Below, piece after piece: positions 20,235-29,375 of a stretch of 64,000 nt of DNA (positions are counted from its first letter, which is position 1; every line of letters starts with the position of its first letter). The notes beneath the pieces were generated by a model, which had not been told where the DNA came from, did no database searches, and saw only the letters and a program-made list of their open reading frames with translations. The position numbers and the translations under genes are program-made. The stretch is from Gemmatales bacterium (GTDB taxonomy: Bacteria > Planctomycetota > Planctomycetia > Gemmatales > HRBIN36): contig JBEPZY010000001.1 in assembly GCA_041640595.1 (NCBI GenBank), forward strand, positions 736,001 to 800,000, written 5' to 3'.

Positions 20235-21107
20235 ATGTGGCGGAAAATACGGGATTTCCTGGAACTGATCCGGTTCAGCCATACGGTGTTCGCTCTGCCG
20301 TTTGCGCTGGCGAGTGCAGTGCTGGCCTGGCGGACTGAGCCATTCCGCTGGCTCGACCTGCTGGGCATACTGGCGTGCATGGTGCTGGCCCGCAGCGCGG
20401 CGATGGGATTCAACCGTCTGGCCGACCGCCATTACGATGCCGCCAACCCGCGGACTGCCGGTCGCCATTTGCCCAGCGGACGGTTGTCGGTTCTGGCGGT
20501 GGGCATTTTTACGGCTGTCTGCAGCGTTGGTTTTCTTGCCGCCACGACGCTGTTCATTTTTTCCAGCGGCAACTGGTGGCCGACATATCTTTCTCTGCCG
20601 GTGCTGCTGTTCATTCTCGGCTACTCGTACACGAAGCGGTTTACGTGGTTGTCGCACTTCTGGCTGGGGGCATCGCTGATGCTGGCCCCCTGGGCGACCT
20701 GGATCGCCATTGCTGGCCGACTCGATTGGCCCGCGGTCTGGCTCGGGGCAGCGGTGCTGTTCTGGGTGGCCGGTTTCGATACCATTTACGCACTTCAGGA
20801 TGTCGAATTTGACCGGCGAGCACGGCTATTGAGTTTCCCCGCCCGCTGGGGAGAAAGGGCAGGGTTGTGGCTGGCGCGAATCTGTCATGCCCTGACGGTG
20901 GTCTGGTTATTGGCGGTGTGGTGGTCGGCCCAGCTGGGCCCGATTTTTCTGGCCGGAATCGCTGCGGTGGCCGGTCTGCTGGTTCTGGAGCACTGGCTGG
21001 TACGTGAGCAAGACCCGGCCCGGATCAATCTCGCCTTTTTCCACGTCAACAGTATCGTAAGTATCGGCGTGCTGGCACTCATCTGTGCCGATGTGCTGCT
21101 GGCGTAG
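20235..21107 (+). CDS. UbiA-family prenyltransferase, MqnP-like (futalosine menaquinone pathway)
   Basis: IRFSHTVFALPFA, ARSAAMGFNRLAD..YDA.NPRT..R..P.G, YSYTKRFT, WVAGFD.IYALQD, AFFHVN. Confidence 0.88.
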   Translation: MWRKIRDFLELIRFSHTVFALPFALASAVLAWRTEPFRWLDLLGILACMVLARSAAMGFNRLADRHYDAANPRTAGRHLPSGRLSVLAVGIFTAVCSVGFLAATTLFIFSSGNWWPTYLSLPVLLFILGYSYTKRFTWLSHFWLGASLMLAPWATWIAIAGRLDWPAVWLGAAVLFWVAGFDTIYALQDVEFDRRARLLSFPARWGERAGLWLARICHALTVVWLLAVWWSAQLGPIFLAGIAAVAGLLVLEHWLVREQDPARINLAFFHVNSIVSIGVLALICADVLLA

Positions 21108-21200
21108 GAGAATCTCGCGGCACTGCGATTGGCAAACTGGCCAATTCTCTTTGCTGCTTCCTAACCGGGCTGGCCAACACGAGCGATCTTACGAGCGAAT

Positions 21201-21914
21201 ATGCTACCCATTTGCGATACCATTCCCTCGCGACGGTTTCCTTTAGCGATGTGGTCGCTAATCGGGTTGAACACGGTGGTCTTTTTCCTGGAGCAGATGT
21301 TACGGCCCGCGGAACTGGAAAAGCTGTTCTGGCTTTACGGGATCAATCCGGCGTACACGACCGCGCTGATCCGCGAGGGAGCCTGGCCGGAATTGCTGCA
21401 GGAACTGTACTGCTTCGTGACCAGCATGTTTCTGCACGGTGGCTGGCTGCATTTCCTGAGCAATATGTGGGTGCTTTACCTGTTTGGGGATAATGTCGAA
21501 GACCGCATGGGGCCGGTGCGGTTTTTGCTGTTTTACCTGGTGTGCGGCCTGGTAGCCGGATGGGTGCATGTTTTGTTCAATCCGACCAGCGAAGTACCAA
21601 CGATCGGCGCCAGTGGGGCAATCTCAGGCGTGATGGCGGCGTACTTGTTGCTGTTTCCGAACGCGACGGTCATTACCCTGATTCCCATCTTCATCTTTCC
21701 GTGGTTTGTACCGTTGCCGGCGGTGCTGTTTATCGCCCTGTGGTACTTCACGCAACTATTCGAAGGTGTGCTCTCGCTGTCCGAAGATGTGGCGTTCAGC
21801 GGTGTAGCATGGTGGGCGCATATTGGCGGATTTCTCGCTGGGTTGTCATTAGCGCCTCTATTTGCCCGCCGTCCGCATCGCAAACGCTACGCGGACGAAT
21901 ACGCACCCTGGTGA
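21201..21914 (+). CDS. Rhomboid family intramembrane serine protease
   Basis: SMFLHGGWLHFLSNM, FGDNVEDRMG, catalytic GASG and AHIGG. Confidence 0.93.
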   Translation: MLPICDTIPSRRFPLAMWSLIGLNTVVFFLEQMLRPAELEKLFWLYGINPAYTTALIREGAWPELLQELYCFVTSMFLHGGWLHFLSNMWVLYLFGDNVEDRMGPVRFLLFYLVCGLVAGWVHVLFNPTSEVPTIGASGAISGVMAAYLLLFPNATVITLIPIFIFPWFVPLPAVLFIALWYFTQLFEGVLSLSEDVAFSGVAWWAHIGGFLAGLSLAPLFARRPHRKRYADEYAPW

Positions 21915-21922
21915 GGCTGAAC

Positions 21923-22753
21923 ATGGGCATCGGAGACATCTTCTGGCTCTTTCTCATGCTGAGCATGATGCAACCGTGGTTACGACAACGGATGCTAGAG
22001 GCAGCCCGCTGGCGGAAAATCGAACAGATCGAGCGTCAGCGGGGCAGCCGAGTTATCGTTCTGATTCACCGGCAGGAGACGCTCAGTTTTCTGGGCATAC
22101 CCATCTTCCGCTACATAGACGTCAACGACGCGGAAGAAGTAATCCGGGCTATCCACCTGACCGACAAAAGCGTGCCCATTGATCTGGTGCTGCACACACC
22201 TGGCGGGCTGGTGCTGGCGAGTCTGCAAATTGCCCGGGCGATCAAGGCCCACCCGGCCAAGGTAACCGTGTTCGTGCCGCACTATGCCATGTCAGGCGGG
22301 ACTTTGATTGCACTGGCTGCGGATGAGATCGTTATGGACAGCCATGCGGTTCTGGGACCGGTGGACCCGCAACTGGGCGAATTTCCTGCCGCTTCCATCG
22401 TCCGAGCGGTGCGGAGCAAGAATGTCAACGATGTCGAAGATCGCACGCTGATCCTGGCCGATGTCGCGGAAAAAGCCCTGGCGCAAATCGAGCGGGAAGT
22501 GCTCGAATTGCTGGAGGGGAAGATGCCGCCAGAACAGGCCCGCCTTCTGGCCAGCAAACTCACCCAGGGTACCTGGACACACGATCATCCAATCAGCTTC
22601 GACGAAGCACGGGAACTCGGTTTACCGGTTTCCAGCAACATGCCTGTGGAGTTCTACGAACTGATGACGCTATTTCCGCAACCGGTTCGCCAGCAGCCGA
22701 CGGTGCAGTATATTCCGCAACCTTACAGGCCAGGTGCCCCCAGCAGCAAATAG
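21923..22753 (+). CDS. SDH_sah-family ClpP-class serine protease
   Basis: IHRQET..FLG.P, LHTPGGLVLA, VPHYAMSGGTLIALAADEI, LGPVDPQ, WTHDHP; ATG 8 nt after the rhomboid stop. Confidence 0.9.
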   Translation: MGIGDIFWLFLMLSMMQPWLRQRMLEAARWRKIEQIERQRGSRVIVLIHRQETLSFLGIPIFRYIDVNDAEEVIRAIHLTDKSVPIDLVLHTPGGLVLASLQIARAIKAHPAKVTVFVPHYAMSGGTLIALAADEIVMDSHAVLGPVDPQLGEFPAASIVRAVRSKNVNDVEDRTLILADVAEKALAQIEREVLELLEGKMPPEQARLLASKLTQGTWTHDHPISFDEARELGLPVSSNMPVEFYELMTLFPQPVRQQPTVQYIPQPYRPGAPSSK

Positions 22754-23174
22754 AGCGATCTCTCCGCCTGACCGATTGTTCAGGCACATTGTGGGTTAGT
22801 CCGCGGCCAGGTTCCCATATCGAGCAGTAGAAGCGGAAAGTGTGGCCGTTAGTCGGTGCCCGTTGACCACGTTATCGCTGCACATACAGGAAAGCCGCTT
22901 CGAATTGGCAACAGGAATCGGTGCAGGCTGGGCGTTACCCAGGCAAAAACCGCTATTGACCGGCACGCACCGGTACATTATTGAGCCGCTCTCTGGCAAG
23001 GGGCCTGTGCGCTCGTCATCTGCGATCGGGGAAAAGACTCGCGCCGTGAAGGCCACCGTTGCCTGGCATCGCAACCCGAAAAGCAACCGCGAAAGCTCAA
23101 AAATCGCTCTGCCGGCAATGCGGGGGACACCGGCAGCGAGCAGGCTTAGGCGGGAAGCACAAGGAGGAAGCACG

Positions 23175-26100
23175 GTGAACAGGGGTCAGTGGCTGGCCTG
23201 GTGGACGAGTGTTGGGCTGGTCATCGGGATTGTGGGCAGCCTGACGGGACAGCAAGCGGATACCGTTACTCGGCCGGCTGGCGCAACCATGCGTCCGGCG
23301 GCGGCGTTGCAGGAAGCCATCAATCTCTACCGCAAAGGCGAGTACGAAGAAGCCGCCAGGTTATTCGAGTTGGCCCAGCAGGGTCGCCAGCAACTCAGTC
23401 CAACCGAGCAGCAACGCCTGGACGAATACCGCAACCGCAATGAGGTGGCTCGTCTCGGTCGCCAGCAGACCCTGCAACAGTTGCAGGCTGCCCAGGAAGC
23501 GGTCAAGAACGGTCAGTGGAACGAGGCCGAGAACCTTCTGAAACAGCTGCGATCTAGCAACTATCTCAAACCGGAAGAACAGGCCCTGGTCAACCAACTG
23601 AGCGATCGCGTAGCTCGCCGGAACAATCGGCGCTGGTCGCTCTTCAACCGTGAAAGCAACGGGACGCGCAGCGACGCCGAGTCGTTGCTGGCGCAGGGGC
23701 GCGAGGCTCTCAAGAATAACGAACTCGACCGAGCCGAGACGCTGGCCCGACAGGCGAAGGAAGCCGGATATTCGGCTATTTTCCCCTGGAGCGATTCCCC
23801 CGACAAACTGCTCCGCGACGTTCAAGCAGCCCGATCGCGTCAGCAACCGGACAACGCCGCTACTGCCGCCACTCCCGATGCGGATCAACTGCTGGCGCAG
23901 GCGCGTGAAGCGTTTCGGCAAGGCGACCTCGACCGCGCCGAACAACTGGCACAGCAGGCCAAACAGGCCGGGCATTCCTCCTGGTTGCCGTGGAGCGATA
24001 CACCCGATAAAGTCCTGCGCGACGTCCAGCAAGCTCGTCGCACCCAAGGGCAGGGGACGCAGCAGCAATTGAAGCTACAGCAAGCTCGCCGACTGCTGAG
24101 CGAGGCCCACCAGGCGGTGCAGCAGGGTGACCTGCCCAAAGCTCGGCAATTGCTTGCCCAGGCCGAACGGTTGCAGGTTACATTGCCTCCTTATGAGCCG
24201 CATACCCCGGAGAAAATCCGCCAGGCCATCGCTCAAGCCGAGCAATCGCAGCGAGCAGCTTCGAACGTTTCGGAGCCGGCTAAGCCTGCCCCATCCACAA
24301 ACCCCAGCGACGCTGAACCTGTGACACGCCAGAATGCGCGTGCGAAACTCAAAGAGGCCCGGCATCTGTTCGAAGCAGGCCAGCTCGACCAGGCGGAGTC
24401 TCTCGCTCGCCGTATCCGGGTGGTTCCTGATTGCCGCTGGGGACTTTTCGAGGACACGCCCGACAAACTGCTCGCGGACATTTACAAAGCTCGTCAAGAA
24501 GCACATCGTCAACAGGCCGACGCTTTACTGGCCCAGGCCCGGCGAAAGCTGGAGCAAGGCCAGTTCGACGAAGCGGAAAAACTCGCTTACCAGGCCCGCG
24601 CTTTACAACCGCGTTATTCCATCTGGCACCGCGGCGAACATCCTGACCGTCTCCTGGCCGAAATCAAAGCGCGTCGCCAGCAGGCCAATCGTCCCCGCAT
24701 CCCGAACGACACTGCTACTGCGAACCAGCAGGCCACTCCGCGACCAGTCGAAGTTTCCCCCGCCAAGCAGCAGGCCCAGATGCTGTTGGTGCAGGCTCGT
24801 GCAGCACTCCAGGCAGGTCAACTTGTGCAGGCTCTGCAACTGGCACGCCAGGCCCGTCAGTATCCGGTTACCTGGGGAGCTGACGAAGATTCACCCGACA
24901 AGATCGAAAAAGCTGTAGAAGCACTGCTGGCCCAGCAACGAGACCGTGATCAACCCGAACAGGCTGCTCGTTTGCGCCAGCAGGCCTTGCTGTTGCTCGC
25001 CGATGCCCGCGAATTGCAACGTCAGGGGCAAGTCCTGCCCGCTATCCGTCGCGCCCGCGAAGCTCAGAAACTTCGTGCTGCCTTTCGCCCCGAAGACGAA
25101 ACTCCCGAACAGGTCTTACTCGATTTGCAAAACCAGGCTCATGGGCACATCGAAACCTTCAGCCGGGCCGCTCACACCTGGAAACAAATGGGCCGCTACT
25201 CTGAAGCGGAACAATGCCTCAAGTATGTCCGCACTTTGCAATCGGAATTACATCTCGACACGTTGCAAACCGATCAGCAATTCGCCGAACTTCAGCGTCT
25301 CCGTCAGGGTGCCCCTGTGGCTCAACTTCCCAACCAGGATGAAGGTCAACGTTTGCTCGAGCAGGCTCGGCGGGAATTGCGCGCCGGGGAACTGGTTCGC
25401 GCCCAGGAACTTGCCCGCCGTGTCTATACCGATCATGCTCACCTCCGCGTCGAAGCCAGCCAGTTGCTCGCGGAGATTGACGATGCCCAATATCGCCAAT
25501 CGGTACGCGAAGCCAATCGTTTCTACGAACTCGGTGTCCGAGCTTATAGCCGTGGCGAATACGCCCAGGCCGCCGCTTATTTCCAGAGCATCAATCCCCG
25601 TTTGCTCGACGAACGCAAACGCACTCACATGCAGGAAATCCTCTCAAGCAAGGAGATGCAGCCACACGCACTGGTACAGGCAGGACAGTTGCCACCAACT
25701 CCAGAAACCGCACCCGGTCAGGCAACCGCCACCGACCGCCCCAAACCTGCCACTACCACTGCCGACAATCTCCTGGACAAGGTGCAGCAACAACGGGAAG
25801 TGGAGTTGCAGCGGCTCCGCCACATCAAACTCGAAGCGGAACGCCAGGCCAATCGCTTCGCACAGAACAACGAACTCGACAAAGCCGTGGAAGTTCTCCA
25901 GCAGGCATTGCACGAAATCAAACATTCGCCCCTGGAGAGCGAAGCTGTCCTGGCTATGCAACGCCAACTCGAGCAGCGCATCCGAACCTTTGAGGCCAGC
26001 CGCCAACAACTGGCCTACGACCGACTCCGCCAGCAGACCTTGCGCGGCTCCAGTCCTCGAGAACGCGAAATTCTCGCCGACATTAACCGCAAGGAGCAGG

Positions 26101-28115
26101 TGGCCCAGCTGATGCAACAATACAGCCAGTATCTCAAAGAGGCCAAGTACAAGGAAGCTGAAGTGGTCGCCATGAAAGCCAAGGAACTTGACCCGGATAA
26201 CCCGGCCACCGAGGCGGCACTTATTCGGGCACGCACGCTACGAGCCCTCAGCGACGAAGAGCGCATTAAGTTCCAGAAAGAGCGCGGATTTGAGCTGGCC
26301 ATGCAGTCGGTCAACGAAGCTTCTGCCGCTCCCGAAAGCGACTGGCAGTACCCCAAAGATTGGGCCGAACGCAACCGCCGCCGCAACAAAGCCATTCAGC
26401 CTATCCGCCCGGAAACTCCGGAAGACAGGGACCTCTACCAGCGGCTCCAGCAGCCGGTCTCCATTGATTTTCGCGATAAGCCGCTCAGCGAAGTGCTCGA
26501 CCATCTTCGTTCCCTGTATGGTATCAACATTGTCCCGGACGAACCCGCTTTGCAGGCCGCTGGTATTTCTTTGAATCAGCCTGTAACCATTCGCCTGGAT
26601 AACCGCCCGCTGCGTACCTGTTTGAACCTCATCTTGCAAAATGCCCGGTTGACCTGGGTGGTGCGCGATGGTGTGTACATCGTTACCACCGAAGAAGGCA
26701 AACGCGGCAAGCTGGTGCAGAAGGTTTACCCGGTGGCTGACCTGATCCTGCCGGTGCAGGATTTCGGTAACGTTGGCAACAATTCCGCCAGCATCCTCAG
26801 CGTGATCCAGCAGAACATGAACAACCAGCAGCCCGCGCTGACAGCGCCGTGGACACTGCCCGGCGGCACTACCGTCAGCCAGGGAAGCATGGCTGGCAGC
26901 ACCTCGCCAGGACAAGCACAGGTCAAAGTCGAACCACCTAAAACCGCCAGCCTCGAGCAAACCCTCATCCGCCTCATCCACGAAACCATTGAACCGAAAA
27001 GTTGGGATGTCGCTGGCGGACCGGGCCACATTGACTACTACCCGCTGGGCATGCAATTGGTGGTCAGCGCAGATCCCGAAATCCAGGAACAGGTCGAACA
27101 ACTGCTTACCCGACTTCGCCAACTGCAGGAGCTACAGGTCACGGTCGAAGTCCGATTCATCACGCTGAGCGAAGCGTTTTACGAACGCATCGGCATTGAC
27201 TTCAATTTCCAGGTGGACGACGACCAGACCCGGTTCGACCGCATGGTGGTGGCCCAATCCTTCGCACCTCCAGGAATGATCAACGAGCCGGACCATCTCG
27301 ACAAAGTAGTAGTTGGCCTGGCGCCCACCGGGGCAGGGTTCAGTCAGGACCTCGATATACCGTTTACCAACAGCAGCTTCAGCAGAGCCATTCCGCCATT
27401 CGGCAACTTCCCCAACGCTGTGGGGAACAACGGCGGCCTTTCCTTCGGTTTTGCATACTTGAGCGACATAGAGGTTTTCCTGTTCATGGAAGCCGCCCAA
27501 GGAGACACCCGCGCTAACGTCATGCAGGCACCCAAAATCACACTTTTCAGCGGACAGACGGCTAACCTGACGGTTCAGGATGTGCAGTTCTTGGTAACTG
27601 GTGCCACTCCGCTGATTGGCCCGTTTGGTCAAGTGACCCTTGTACCGCAGGTACAGCCTTTCCCAACCGGGCTGCAGCTGTTTCTCCAAGCGGTGGTTCA
27701 TTCCGATCGCCGTTACGTTCGCCTCAGTCTCGCCCCGACATTCACCGCCTTGGCTCAGAACATTCCCCTTTTCCCGATCCAGATCAACGTCCCCGTGGTC
27801 AACCCTGACGGCTCCATTTCGCAGGTGCAGCTGACCCAGTTCATTCAGTTGCCAATCGAGTCAATCCTCTCGGTGCAAACAACGGTTATGGTACCGGATG
27901 GCGGAACCGTACTGATGGGCGGTTTCAAAACCCTGTCCGAGGGACGCACCGAATTCGGTCCGCCCATCCTCAGCAAAATTCCGTACCTGAACCGGCTGTT
28001 TACCAACACTGCGTACGGCCGCGAAGCCCGCTCCCTGATGATTATGATCACCCCACGCATCATCATCCCGGAAGAGGAAGAACAATTCCTGGGGCAGCAA
28101 CTGTTGCCGCCCTAA
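23175..28115 (+). CDS. Very large (about 1646 aa) type II/III secretion secretin-family protein with helical-repeat N-terminus
   Basis: AGGAGG RBS plus GTG and a signal peptide; N0/STN-like region; C-terminal QVTVEVRFI, APKITLFSGQ, TTVMVPDGGTVLMGG, PILSKIPYLNRLF, LMIMITPRII secretin motifs. Confidence 0.88.
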   Translation: MNRGQWLAWWTSVGLVIGIVGSLTGQQADTVTRPAGATMRPAAALQEAINLYRKGEYEEAARLFELAQQGRQQLSPTEQQRLDEYRNRNEVARLGRQQTLQQLQAAQEAVKNGQWNEAENLLKQLRSSNYLKPEEQALVNQLSDRVARRNNRRWSLFNRESNGTRSDAESLLAQGREALKNNELDRAETLARQAKEAGYSAIFPWSDSPDKLLRDVQAARSRQQPDNAATAATPDADQLLAQAREAFRQGDLDRAEQLAQQAKQAGHSSWLPWSDTPDKVLRDVQQARRTQGQGTQQQLKLQQARRLLSEAHQAVQQGDLPKARQLLAQAERLQVTLPPYEPHTPEKIRQAIAQAEQSQRAASNVSEPAKPAPSTNPSDAEPVTRQNARAKLKEARHLFEAGQLDQAESLARRIRVVPDCRWGLFEDTPDKLLADIYKARQEAHRQQADALLAQARRKLEQGQFDEAEKLAYQARALQPRYSIWHRGEHPDRLLAEIKARRQQANRPRIPNDTATANQQATPRPVEVSPAKQQAQMLLVQARAALQAGQLVQALQLARQARQYPVTWGADEDSPDKIEKAVEALLAQQRDRDQPEQAARLRQQALLLLADARELQRQGQVLPAIRRAREAQKLRAAFRPEDETPEQVLLDLQNQAHGHIETFSRAAHTWKQMGRYSEAEQCLKYVRTLQSELHLDTLQTDQQFAELQRLRQGAPVAQLPNQDEGQRLLEQARRELRAGELVRAQELARRVYTDHAHLRVEASQLLAEIDDAQYRQSVREANRFYELGVRAYSRGEYAQAAAYFQSINPRLLDERKRTHMQEILSSKEMQPHALVQAGQLPPTPETAPGQATATDRPKPATTTADNLLDKVQQQREVELQRLRHIKLEAERQANRFAQNNELDKAVEVLQQALHEIKHSPLESEAVLAMQRQLEQRIRTFEASRQQLAYDRLRQQTLRGSSPREREILADINRKEQVAQLMQQYSQYLKEAKYKEAEVVAMKAKELDPDNPATEAALIRARTLRALSDEERIKFQKERGFELAMQSVNEASAAPESDWQYPKDWAERNRRRNKAIQPIRPETPEDRDLYQRLQQPVSIDFRDKPLSEVLDHLRSLYGINIVPDEPALQAAGISLNQPVTIRLDNRPLRTCLNLILQNARLTWVVRDGVYIVTTEEGKRGKLVQKVYPVADLILPVQDFGNVGNNSASILSVIQQNMNNQQPALTAPWTLPGGTTVSQGSMAGSTSPGQAQVKVEPPKTASLEQTLIRLIHETIEPKSWDVAGGPGHIDYYPLGMQLVVSADPEIQEQVEQLLTRLRQLQELQVTVEVRFITLSEAFYERIGIDFNFQVDDDQTRFDRMVVAQSFAPPGMINEPDHLDKVVVGLAPTGAGFSQDLDIPFTNSSFSRAIPPFGNFPNAVGNNGGLSFGFAYLSDIEVFLFMEAAQGDTRANVMQAPKITLFSGQTANLTVQDVQFLVTGATPLIGPFGQVTLVPQVQPFPTGLQLFLQAVVHSDRRYVRLSLAPTFTALAQNIPLFPIQINVPVVNPDGSISQVQLTQFIQLPIESILSVQTTVMVPDGGTVLMGGFKTLSEGRTEFGPPILSKIPYLNRLFTNTAYGREARSLMIMITPRIIIPEEEEQFLGQQLLPP

Positions 28116-28202
28116 TCGCACACGGGCATTGCAATCCTGGTGCACGACGTTCGTCGGGCCGAACATAAGCGACGCCGTCAGCGCCAATACACACATTCAC
28201 GA

Positions 28203-29157
28203 GAGCGGCGGGCGTCAGCCCGCCGTGGTTCTGTGAACCGAACGCTGCCCCGCGAGAATCGAACATTGTGCAGCGGCTATCGAACACCCATCCAAGAGCG
28301 GCGGGCGTCAGCCCGCCGTGGTTCGGTAACGCTCTGCAACGGGGTTGATAGTCCACGGCTGGCTTACGCCAGCCGCTCTTGGTGCACGAACGGACGTTTG
28401 ATGCAACATACGCTTGTCGCAATATGGACACGCACATTCGCAAGAGCGGCGGGCGTCAGCCCGCCGTGGTTCGGTAACGAGACGGGCCTGCAATGCACAC
28501 CGAACCATGTTCGCCCATTAACGACTACCGAACGAAGAGCGGCGGGCGTCAGCCCGCCGTGGTTCGGGAATCGCACCGGCAACGGCGAGCGTGTCTTGCC
28601 GAACGTGGATGCTCGCATGCCACGGGGGGCTTACGCCCCCCGCTCTTGTGTTGCCGTGCGAATGTCTGTCGACGAAAAAGCGATTTTTGCGATGGACGAA
28701 CGCATGTTCACAAGAGCGGCGGGCGTCAGCCCGCCGTGGTTCGGTAACGAGACGGGCCTGCAATGCACACCGAACCATGTTCGCCCACTAACGACTACCG
28801 AACGAAGAGCGGCGGGCGTCAGCCCGCCGTGATTCGGTAACGCTCTGCAACGGGGTTGATAGTCCACGGCTGGCTTACGCCAGCCGCTCTTGGTGCACGA
28901 ACGGACGTTTGATGCAACATACGCTTGTCGCAATATGGACACGCACATTCGCAGGAGCGGCGGGCGTTAGCCCGCCGTGGTTCGGAACGAGACGGGCCTG
29001 CAATGCACACCGAACCATGTTCACCCACTAACGACTAACCGAACGAAGAGCGGCGGGCGTCAGCCCGCCGTGGTTCGATGACGCATTTGCACTGGCCAGC
29101 GTTTTTCGCTGAACCAAAACGCGCGCGTCGCACGGCTGGCTCGCGCCAGCCGCTCCT
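28203..29157. repeat. Array of 12 REP-like palindromic elements (BIME/REPIN-like), ordered (forward, forward, inverted) x4
   Basis: GAGCGGCGGGCGTCAGCCCGCCGTGGTTC-type copies start at 28203, 28296, 28444, 28537, 28714, 28807, 28955 and 29048. Inverted variants lie at 28353-28380, 28620-28647, 28864-28891 and 29130-29157. Region 28294-28566 recurs at a 511-bp offset. Confidence 0.92.
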
Positions 29158-29310
29158 GGTCGGGAGCGTGAGCGCTGCGCAAAGTATGCGTATCCCATCT
29201 GCGGGTTCGATACGTTTTCCCGGCTGGCTCACACTTGTTTCGCCCAAAAGAGAACCACGTGCTCCAGGAGCGGAACGATGAAGGGCGGTCCCTGCACTTG
29301 CCGTTGGCCC

Positions 29311-29347
29311 AACAAAAAGGGAGGAGGCTTGAGGATTGCCTCCTCCC
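29311..29347 (-). terminator. Rho-independent terminator of the alpha-2-macroglobulin gene
   Basis: Perfect 10-bp stem GGGAGGAGGC/GCCTCCTCCC followed on the minus strand by TTTTTGTT, about 30 nt after the TAA at 29376. Confidence 0.85.
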
Positions 29348-29375
29348 GTGGTGTGGCGAGCCAGCTTCCGGTCAG

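Noticed and set aside
28203..29157. CRISPR array
   Set aside because: Repeats occur in both orientations, spacers are mostly 54-64 bp and duplicated, and there is no AT-rich leader or cas gene; REP/BIME-like organisation fits better.
28063..29281. Short ORFs across the repeat array (e.g. 28140..28832, containing RAAGVSPPW or NHGGLTPAA repeats)
   Set aside because: These are translations of the GC-rich palindromic repeat in several frames, with no RBS or domain signal.
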